Source of the DNA: Camelus dromedarius
Lineage: Eukaryota
Reading direction: 5' to 3'
Length of the DNA stretch: 64,000 nucleotides
NCBI RefSeq assembly: GCF_036321535.1
Contig: NC_087437.1
Location: 27,592,001-27,656,000 of the forward strand
Both the position numbers and the translations under genes were made by a program. The notes under the pieces are model-generated. The model was not told the origin of the DNA. It was given only the letters and a program-made list of their open reading frames with translations, and ran no database searches. Positions 54,151-64,000 of this stretch are shown here, one piece after another; within the stretch, counting starts at the first letter, position 1; each line of letters starts with the position of its first letter.

Positions 54151-56759
54151 ACGTATAAAAATCCACCCAATCTCGCTGTCTCTGCAACCCCTCCCACAGC
54201 CCCCACCGCCACCCTGAGGCCCAGGAGCGAGAGGTGAATGGCTACTCTTCCTTTAATAAAATAGGAGCCTTACTTGCCTTTACACCAGATTGTAAACTTT
54301 AAAGGATGTTTACGAAGTGTTTCTAAGATCTTTGTATGAAATAAGGCTCATAAAAAAAAAAAGACTATTTTTAACAAATTAATATGCCGTGCTAAAAGAA
54401 CACTAAATCAGGATACTTGAGTCATGCTACTTTATGGAGAATTTATATGTCCAAATCTCTAAAGGGCTGTAACTCCAGATTTGAGAGGTAAATGAAATTG
54501 ATCTAAATTAACTTTCTGCAGCCTCTGATTTTAACTCACAACTCTCTGTGAACCTTCTGTGATAGAATTATCTCATTGGAGGTTGACTGCCAATTACCAT
54601 TTAGAAATGTGACTGTGCAAGTGACTAAAATCTTTGAGAGCTGTCTGAGGTTGTCTAAATATGTTATTATACAAGTAGAAGTAGAGCAGGCTGTGCACTT
54701 TGACCTCTCGGTCAACACCACCACCACATGTAGTTTGTAACTGTATGTGCTACTGTTAAGAATAGGACTAGCTTTGATTTAGTTATTGTCTGAGATTGAG
54801 ATGACCTAGAAAAGTGAACTAATGCTACATAGCCTAGAATTTTCACCTGCAAGTGGTTTAATTGGTTTATTTATTTTATCCAGTCTACTAAAGGTAGTCT
54901 GCTTATCTGAAAATATGTATTTGCTTCAAACGGGATTACTCTGAATGGAGAAGGCCGTGCCCTGAAATGGTAGGACCCTGCCTGTGGTCCTTGTGAAACC
55001 AAGTTGAGGCAGGAGGTTGGAGAGGTAATTAAGCCATCGGATTAGCTCTTAGGCCATTTTAGTTTTAACGTTTTATTGTTCTGAAATGTGGTCATTTTGA
55101 CATTAGTGAATGTTTTGATTGAGCACATGCATTTAAAGGCAGTTTTTATGTCATCTAGCTTGGCTTTACCTGTTAGAGGATAGAAATTTAGGTTAGATAC
55201 AAGACAAATTCCAAAAGTTAGGAGTCCTGGGCATTGAGGCATTTAGCAAAAAAAAAGAATTCTGTCTCTGATGATCCAGGTATTTGTCATCCTTGAATGT
55301 TTTGCTTGAAAGCAGAGGACTAGTTTATATAGTTAAACTGCTTCACAGCCACTATACCCCGAGGCTGCTGAGTTTGTTGGATAAAGGCCTGATTTCCAGT
55401 CATGCTGTGAACTATAAGCTGTTGTAGAACAAAGACTTACTATACAAATCTAATTAAAGTGGTCTCTAATTTTCTTGATGTAAAGAAAAATTACTCCATG
55501 TCAGGTATAGTTACTAATAATGAGAAGAGGCTGCAAATTTCCTTGTTCCTTTTCACACAGCTCCCCACACGTTTACTTGAATTTATTTTCTTCTACACAG
55601 AATCATGTGGTATATTGAAAGCTTCAGCTAAAAGGAATAATGATTGAAGGTGAATGGAAGCTCTAATAGTCTCACCACCATTATCATATCTTTGTGAATA
55701 CACATGTAAGTTTTGGCAACATTCCTAGTCACTTATTTTAAAGAAAGGAAGGGACTAATATCAGACTTCAATTCAGTTAACTCCAGTTTTCCCTTCTCAG
55801 GACATATGGCTCAAGAGACCTTTAATTTCTATTGTACGACAAACTTTCTAGACTTTCTGGATGTGTATCCTCCTAATTTTTTTAAACATCAGTTAAGCAT
55901 TTGTGAGTGTGACATATTATCTGAAGGAAGAAAGTAGTTGATCTGGAGGATGAAAATTTCAGAAGTCAGCTTACAGGGTAGATGATCTGTTTAACCCAAA
56001 GACAGCAGTGGGCTAGCACAAGAGGGGTCTCTAGACTTCCATGGACTCTTCTGCCCAACACATGTGTCCTTTGGGGTATCAACAAGAGAGCAATTCTTTG
56101 GTACTGATCTTTTACAACTATGTAACTTGAGGGTGTTTTAATACCTAGTTGAAAGGGAACACTCATTGGTACCTTTGGGAATATTTGGCCCATTTTTTGA
56201 GATTGACCTTATTCTCTTGCATAAGTTGCTATTTGAAGATTTCTGCATTTTCTACATGCACAAAATATTGATAGAAGCCAATCTTGTAGTCTATTGAAAT
56301 ACAGTTGCTTTTAAAATCTGTTCGCCTTTCCTCTGTGAATACTAGTAACAGCTACCATGGTTTCCCTAAAAAAATGTTAACTATCAGAAACAGTCTTTAC
56401 ATCCCATATAGAGGTTGACCAGTGTTTGTTTTTTCCCAGCTAACTGCATGCTTCTCTTGCTTTTTAATTCCATTCCCTTATTCTCACCTCATGACTTTGC
56501 TTCTGGCCCAGTTCCCTGAGCACAGCAGGGCCAATGAACTGACATACCCGCCTTCAGGGTCCTCGCTTCTTTACCTCCAGACTTCCCTGTATTGTCACCA
56601 ATTTTCTCTTTCCTCTGTGGTTAAGTAGAAAGATGTTCTTGTCTTTCTTTTGAAGTTAATCCAGACAAGAGGGCATTGTTTTCCATTTCCTTTGTTAGTT
56701 ATCTGCCCTGCAGTCCGGATTTCCTTTACGGAGATGCTCTTATTTGAAACTTAGCTTTG

Positions 56760-57800
56760 AAACAAGAGTTTGTCCTTGATTATCCTAATAGTTTCTCTTT
56801 CCTCTCAAGCTGTTGTTCTTCATACCCAGCTATTAGTAAGTGTAGGTTAGTTCCCCCACCTTCACCATTTCACCATCTACTCTTACTTCAGCCTCCTGTT
56901 TCCTGCTTTCTGCCCTCCCACTCTAGAGAAACTTCTCTTTTGAGGTTCACACGTGGGTTTTTGGTTGTTGTTGTTGTTTGTTTTTTTTTAGAAACAAGTC
57001 AGAGAGGCCAACGTCCATTGTAATTTCTTAACCGTATTCAACACTGTTGATGGCCCCTGTTGTTAACTGTCCCTTCCCTCACTTTTGTGACTTTGACTTG
57101 TCTGGTCCTTTATTAATTATGGAGAGTGTATGTCCATCATTTGATGGCGTATTTATCCCCATTACTGTCTCTGCTCGCTTCTCCCCCAACCCCTGCCCAA
57201 AGAGAACATGGGGCTTTTCAACCTCTTCCAGTGACATATTACTCTTAACCCCAAGCTGTCCCTTCTTTATTAATTCTGCCATCAAACCATCCGCTAGACA
57301 TTTGTAATATGATTCCACCTACCCATTGAGTTCCTCTCACCTAAAGGTGAATTCATAAGGTCCCTGCCCTTGTAACCTACTCCTTTTCCCCCCAACAAAT
57401 TTTATCTAGTGAGTCTATCTTGACATCCAATGAGATGCACATCCACTCAGATGCCTGATCTTTTCCTAACTTCCTTCAGATAGCTCTTGATTTTGCTTCT
57501 TATTTTTTATTTCCACCACTACCTTTCTCTCTGCCTCTCATTTCTCTTTAGTTTGGTCAACACTGAATTATCAGGTTAAGTTTCCTACAAAACTAGTTTT
57601 TGTTTTTATCTTCATCCCTGCCCTCCTCTTTCAGTCTTTTTCCCCCCATTAGTCCACTTATTTATTCATTATTTCATGCATTCAGCAAATATTAAGTGCC
57701 TAGCAGTGCCGATTAAGGAGGATATCAGTGTGGATAAAACAGACCTGGAGCTCTCCCTCACAAAATCAGCGGTCTAGTGGAGAAGACAATTAAACAGATA
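56760..57800. mobile_element. L2 relics (body on +, separate antisense L2 3' end at about 57660-57800)
   Basis: Pyrimidine-rich L2-like text, plus antisense terminus attcattatttcatgcattcagcaaatattaagtgcctagcagtgcc. Confidence 0.5.
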
Positions 57801-60194
57801 CCTAGAAAATAAGTGAATTACACGATGATGAATGCTCCAGAAGCTCCCTCCTCCCCACCCCCTCCGCCTGTGTTGAGGGCTTTCACTAAGCTGGGGGGAC
57901 AGAGGAACAGACTCGACCCTGTCCTCGTGCAGAGCATTTCCACGAGTGCAGCTGAGGCTATTGAGAGCATTTCGAGGAGCAGGAGGAACAGCAGCAAAGG
58001 CCGTGCCCGGCGCCTTGGGGAAATGGCTGTGGGGTGTGTGCCGGGGAGAAGTGGGGGTGTGGGAATATGCGTGAGTGCTGTGTCTCATACGCCGCCGACC
58101 ATTTTACATACGTATCTCAGTTCTCAGAAAAACCTTACAAGTAAGATAGTGTTAACCACTTTTCAGAGGAAGAATCTGAGGCTCAAAAAGGCTCGTTATC
58201 CAGGACCACGGCGTCGGCAGGCAGCACACCCTGAACGCAGCCACAGCTCTCACCCTGAGCTTGGGCTGTTACTGGGACAGTGTGGAGCCACTGTACCCCT
58301 TGTGTTTGTGATGAACACATGGCTCCTTCCAGGATAGCTTCCCTCACCGTCACTGTTTGGGCTTTAGCTCTGCGGATGCTACATGTATGCTATTGAATCT
58401 GTACTCCTTAAACAGGGAACATTGACTCTTGCATTTTCTCAGGTTTTTTAACACCTTGTCTTACTATAGGTAGAAAATCTATAAACACCTATTGAATAAC
58501 TTTGTTAACATCTTTTTTATCACCCTTCACGCAGATGTTTACATGACAACCATTTGACAGGTGCCTTCACTGAAAACAATCACTAGGGCACATGACTGGC
58601 ATCTAAGCTTTTTTGTACAGTTTCCACAGTGCCCTCCTGTTCCCTTTTTAGGGTTTATATGTACACATCTTGCCAGATAAAAAGGAAACATATCAGTAAT
58701 GCTGTGTAACAGCAACAAAAAAATTGGAGATTAATAAAGTAGCTCGGGTTATTGAGACATAGGAATCACTCTCTCTGTTGGCTTTATCCTGTGGAGGACA
58801 GTTTTGAAACTTTGGAGATTTAGAAACTCAGGATATTAAATAACAGCTTCTAGAAAAGACTTTCTCCTAGCTTTTTTTTTTTTTAAGGAGGCAAATTTGA
58901 ACACCTAAAATATTAATTATTTGGAAAAGTGGTAGCAAGATAGGTTGACAGGTTATGAAAATGTATTTTTCTGTTAGAATATTTTTAAAAAAGGAACCAG
59001 TAGGGGACATGGTACCTTGAATACAGGCAGGTGAGAGACAGACAGAATGACTAGAAGAGACTGAGGGACAGTGACAGAAACTGAGAGGAAATGGGCTCTT
59101 ACTTCAAGACTACAGAAGCAAAGTGCTATTTTGTGCAGCGTACACATGGGGAGCCTCCAAATTGAACATTGGAGTTCTCCAGGTCACAACGATTTTGCTC
59201 TTTTTTGCCCCACTACTAATTTATATGCACGCAGTACAGTTTGTTTTCCCTGGGACAAAGCTTTTCTCATGTGAGCTCCTTAGGGATAGATAACTGTTAG
59301 GAAGAGTAAGTGCCTCCCATGGGCAAACACGTACAAATGGTAAGAAAACAAGATGGACTGAAGGAGCTTGGGATTTTACTAAGGAAATGGGAAAGGACAA
59401 GATCCAAGAGAGAAGTTGAGCTAGAAAAATTCAAAGCCAGGCAGAAGAGAGAACACATCCTGGACTATTTAACTTTGGCTAAGGAATGTGTATAGCAGTG
59501 TGTATGTGTTTTTGTCTTTCTGTGACTAAGAAATTTCCTTTCCTTGAGTTGACTGTGCTTGAATTTACTGTGTCTGAGGGGCAGAGATGGGGAGGTGGTC
59601 CAGAAGAGGAAGGTGGTATCAGAACATGTTTGCATTTCCAGCTATTTACTTCACACCTAATGACACCTGTGCTGTTTATAGTTTTGCCATTTGGAAAGAA
59701 ATATGCATGTGTCTTACAAAGTCATGTTGGAAGTAAGTGGAACTTTTTTTTTAATAAAAGAACTTGAGGATACTAGCAAGATCTTTTTTCTAAATATAAA
59801 ATATTTAATGATGCTATATATAAAAAACTAAGCTTACTAAGAAGTAACATTTTTCCATAAGGGAAAAAGATAACTAGATAGTATGTAAGATGATGTGAAA
59901 TTAACACCATGTTAAATTTCAAACAATCAAGAGTCAAAACTTACTCTGTAAGGTACGCCCACATCAACTGCTTCTATTAAGACTTCAGGTCAGTTGACAC
60001 TTTTTTTTTTAATTTTAGCAAGTTCCAAACTGGAAAATCAAGGGTGTTTCCTGTGGAGGTTGAGGTGAATTGAAAGGTGGGCGGGGTGCCACCACCGCAC
60101 GAGCCAGCGTGGAGACGGTGTGGTCAGTGCATTTCATGTCCGTGAACCCCACCCCTGTGAACCAGGGTTTCAAAATGCATTTTCTGTTTTTCAG

Positions 60195-60342
60195 GATGAA
60201 TCTTCAAGTCATGAATGTAACCAGCGCACAATCCTTCTTTATGGAGTGGGCAAAGAGCGTGATGAAGCCAGGCATCAGCTGAAGAAGATTACCAAAGATA
60301 TCTTGAAAATCCTAAATAAGAAGAGCACCACAGAGACAGGGG
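60195..60342 (+). CDS. MED12L: Mediator complex subunit 12-like, internal coding exon (148 nt)
   Basis: ttttctgtttttcAG|GATGAA...GGGG|GTaag. Encodes [49 protein letters not shown], a MED12-family sequence. Synteny with the nested GPR87/P2RY13/P2RY12 cluster identifies it as MED12L. Confidence 0.93.
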
Positions 60343-60855
60343 GTAAGGCGCCCTAACACATTTGCTCTCATTGCACTGCCTTTGGTCTTCGCCCCCAGTA
60401 CAGCCGTTATCAAAGTTGAGCATGGCACTGTCAGCAGTGTTTCCTCTCCTGAATGACTGTCACATTGGACTGTGAATAAGCACATTGAAATGTTACAGCC
60501 TTGGTTCCACTTATAGTAATCCTTGTATTAAAATAGCACCTTCTATAGAGAGATATAGGTAATTTTTATTTCTCCTCTTTTTTTTTTTTTAAATTTATTT
60601 CCCAAATTTTCTACAGTAGTCAAACATTAGGTGCTGAAGAATGAGTTGGAAAACCCTTAAGTCTGGAAGAGGTCCACCCCCCCAATTCCATCCTTTTTCA
60701 AGCTTTTAGTTTGCTCTGGGTCCTCATATTTACATGATGATTAAAAATCATGACAATGTAGTGGCTGATATTTTCTTACGTTATTCAGAGGAAGACTTGC
60801 AATAGGAAATGACGGCAACCTACATCATCAAAAGATTTCAAGTGAAAAGAAAATT

Positions 60856-61013
60856 GGAGAGAGTATAGCTCAAGTGGTAGAGCACATGCTTAGCATGCAT
60901 GAGGTCCTGGGTTCAATCCCCACTACCTCCTCCAAGAATATATAAATACTAAATAAACCTAATTGCCTCCCCCTACAAACAAACAAGCAAATAAATAAAT
61001 AAAACGTAGACAA
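60856..61013 (+). mobile_element. tRNA-derived SINE (Vic-1-like), full length
   Basis: gtatagctcaagtggtagagc (A box), ggttcaatcccc (B box) and A-rich tail. TSD aaaagaaaatt (60845-60855) / aaaaggaaatt (61014-61024). Confidence 0.9.
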
Positions 61014-63055
61014 AAAAGGAAATTAGGTCTTTGCTCTATAGTGCCTTTAGTTGGAATGCTCTTTCCGCATGCTTTTTACATACTTTTAACAATGAAGCTA
61101 TGCCTTTATATTATGTCGCCACATTGCATAATTGGACTTCTGTAATTATCCACTTCACATTTGCCTAATTACTCTTTTCAAGGTTTATTTATTTTAGACA
61201 GTCATTATGATTTAAAATCTGACATCACTATGTATACTCTGCTACCACCACCAGTGTTTATTTCTCTTTCACTTAAATAACACAATGGGAAAGAAATTTG
61301 GATTTTCCCTGTGCAGACAGCATACTTCCTACACATGGCATGAGCTGCCTCTAGGAACCCCACTTTGTTGTTCAATACAAAAGAAATACTGTTTTATGAA
61401 CCTCTCCCCGGAGATGAATTTAACTGGATGAATTACTAGAGCTTGTGCACCCTAGATCTTCCCTGCAGAAAAGTGCAGATACAGCTAATGCAGATAGCTC
61501 TTTCTCCTCCATCAGTAGGGGCGCACGTGCAGAAACAAGGTAGGAGGGTGACGTGTTTTTCAGTCTGAATGTGTGTTTGGGGTGTCTGATGTCTTGGAAC
61601 ACAGACGGGGTGGGAAGGCTCCCTTCATGTGGTTTGCCTCACATCCCCTAACTCCCTTCTGTGGCCACTTAAGGACCTAGTGCGACCCTGGCTCTGTGAG
61701 GTCGTAGAAGGGAAATGAAACCCTGTTGTTGTCGGCCTGTCATTTTTGAGATTGGAGATGAGGGAAGAACTGCTCTAAGAGAAACTGTTGATCTGTTGTT
61801 CTGCTGTTTTCTCTGTTAGAGAAAAGAGGAAATGGGTTGAATTCGGAAGCCCTGCAACTAGCTAGCAAAGTGTATTTGAAACTACTTTTTGTATCTTTGA
61901 AAATGGAGTGGACACTGTCTCCTTTAGAAGGTTCAATAATACGTATTTTACCTAAATTAATTATAGAGAGTCTTTTTAGATCCTGTGAAATATTTGGTTT
62001 TGGAAGGCTGAGGGTGTGGGAAGGGGAAGGAAGCAATGTGGTATTCTTTTCTGCTGAGTCTACTTCCTTCCTTCACGAAGAGTTTTTAATGCCAGACTAG
62101 TCTCTATCCTATCTTTGTACCAGTCTCTTAAATAGTCAGTTCTCGTTTGTGAACTCACGAGGAGAAAGTCACTGTTGTTCCATGCTAATTTTTGAGATAC
62201 GGGTAATCGAAACACCACTGAGGAGAGGGGAAATCTTCAGTGGGGATTTTTGTCTTCCCCACATTTTAGATAAAATTCCTCAAGCAGAAATGTTCATTTG
62301 GGATGTAGTGAGCTGCCTTCTGATAATTAGTCTCAAGTTTAAGTCACTACTTAAACCCTAGTATGCTGGTGAGGCGGGAAACCAGAGGTTGTGTTAGCAT
62401 GTGTTTGATTTTCTGGCTACACATAAAAACATGGTTTTGAGGAACTCATTACGAGTGCTCACATATCAGCCAGACCTTGCCTTGGGGAGGGCGGGCGATT
62501 TATAACCTAAAGTTGAAATGACATTTCCACTTGAACGTGATCAGATCTCATTTTACATTTACACTGACTAGTCATCTCTGGTTGTCAGTGTCGTGTCTTT
62601 TGAAAACATTCATGAAGTTTACTGTTAGCAGTAAAAGTCAAAACTTCTAGGATTACAGATTTTAAAAAAAGAAAACTAAGATTAAGCAACAGGAGAGCGA
62701 TAATATATATTATGAAGGCAAATTAACATAAAACAGATGAGGAAAATCAATGAATTATGATTATATTATTACTTATGTTGTTATCATTAAGATAAAGTAT
62801 TCATTTGAGAATCATCACTAATTTCTTATATACTTCTTTCAAATTGAATGTAGGTTGCCAAGAATCAATTGCATCCTTTTTAGTTGAGGTTTTAAGATAT
62901 TAGCTGTGTGTAAGTGAATGGAGCCTATTAACATAAAGAAAACCAAAAAAGAGGCATTTGTGAGTTCTCATACTGGATCTACATCCTCAAGTCTGTTACT
63001 TTTGTTTATTTGTTTTGGTCCTAGGAAGGAATGAATAAATATATTAACTTCACTT

Positions 63056-63897
63056 CTACCAAACATACAAAGAAGAACTCATACCAGTCCTTCTCAAATT
63101 CTTCCAGAAGACTGAAAAGGAGGGAATACTCCCAAACTCATTCTATGAAGCCACCATCACCCTGATACCAAAACCAGGCAAAGACACCATCAAAAAAGAG
63201 AATTACAGACCACTGTCACTGATGAACATAGATGCAAAAATTCTTACCAAAATATTAGCAAATAGAATCCGTAAAAAAAGATTATACATCATGATCAAGT
63301 GGGGTTCATCCCGGGGACCCAAGGGTGCTTCAGCATACGCAAATCAATCAATGTAATACATCCCATCAACAAGACAAAGGATAAAAACCACATAATCATC
63401 TCAATAGATGCAGAAAAAACATTTGATAAAATTCAACACCCATTTATGATAAAAACTCTCGCCAAAGTGGGTATAGAGGTAACATATCTCAACATAATAA
63501 AAGCTATATATAAAACAAACCTACAGCCAGCATAGTACTCAACGGTGAAAAACTCAAAGCTTCCCACTAAAATCTGGGACAACACAAGACTGCCCACTAT
63601 CATCACTCCTATTCAACATAGTCTTGGAAGTCCTAGCTACAGCAATCAGGCAAGAGAGAAATAAAAGGGATCCAAATTGGAAAAGAAAAGGTAAAAGTGT
63701 CGCTATATGCAGATGACATGATACTATATATAGAAAACCCTAACAGGTCCACACAAAAACTACTAGAGCTGATCGAAGAATTCAGCAAGGTAGCAGGTTA
63801 CAAGATTAACGTTCAAAAATCAGTTGCATTTCTTTACGCTAATGATGAATCAACAGAAAAATAAACAGTCCCCTTTAAAATAGCACCAAAAATAATA
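63056..63897 (+). mobile_element. Internal L1 ORF2 (reverse transcriptase) fragment, no 3'UTR or poly(A), perfect 19-bp TSD
   Basis: Translates, with frameshifts, to [18 protein letters not shown]...[19 protein letters not shown]...[15 protein letters not shown]...GFIPG...SIDAEK...[14 protein letters not shown]...[17 protein letters not shown] aaatatattaacttcactt at 63037-63055 and 63898-63916. Confidence 0.93.
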
Positions 63898-64000
63898 AAA
63901 TATATTAACTTCACTTTTAAAGCACGTGGTACCCAAGACTTGGTGTAAGCTTTCAACCTTGGATCAATGATGTTATTAAGTGAAAAATTCAAAACTTCAG

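Noticed and set aside
57813..58337. 174-aa plus-strand ORF
   Set aside because: Lies between L2 and MIR relics and runs into a MIR; no MED12L-like or other recognisable sequence.
60856..60930. Possible tRNA genes (also at about 6260-6326 and 25625-25690)
   Set aside because: They have SINE tails, some have TSDs, and their stems look disrupted. They are tRNA-derived SINE heads.
63299..63535. 78-aa ORF as a functional gene
   Set aside because: Part of the frameshifted L1 ORF2 fragment.

Overview
Mammalian genomic DNA, probably camelid (Camelus/Vicugna/Lama), inferred from several Vic-1-like tRNA-derived SINEs. Almost the whole window lies in introns of MED12L (+ strand); one 148-nt MED12L coding exon is at 60195-60342. 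Three GPCR genes of the P2Y12-like cluster are nested antisense (- strand). GPR87 has 3 exons and encodes 357 aa after splicing. P2RY13 has 2 exons and encodes 333 aa. P2RY12 shows a coding exon (339 aa) and one 5'UTR exon; its first exon is expected beyond the right edge. The rest is intronic sequence with MIR, L2, L1, LTR and MER DNA-transposon relics, whose boundaries are approximate and read by eye. Most notable: stacked uORFs in all three receptor leaders, including a 22-aa GPR87 uORF created only by splicing; loss of the long P2Y13 N-terminus; a diverged duplicate of the P2RY12 poly(A) region 1 kb downstream; and three atypical retro-insertions with target-site duplications (a tailless internal L1 RT fragment, a tailless 26-nt U6 copy, and an L1 end with a possible short 3' transduction). 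Comparisons with human sequences are from memory and need alignment. No wholly new gene system is supported.
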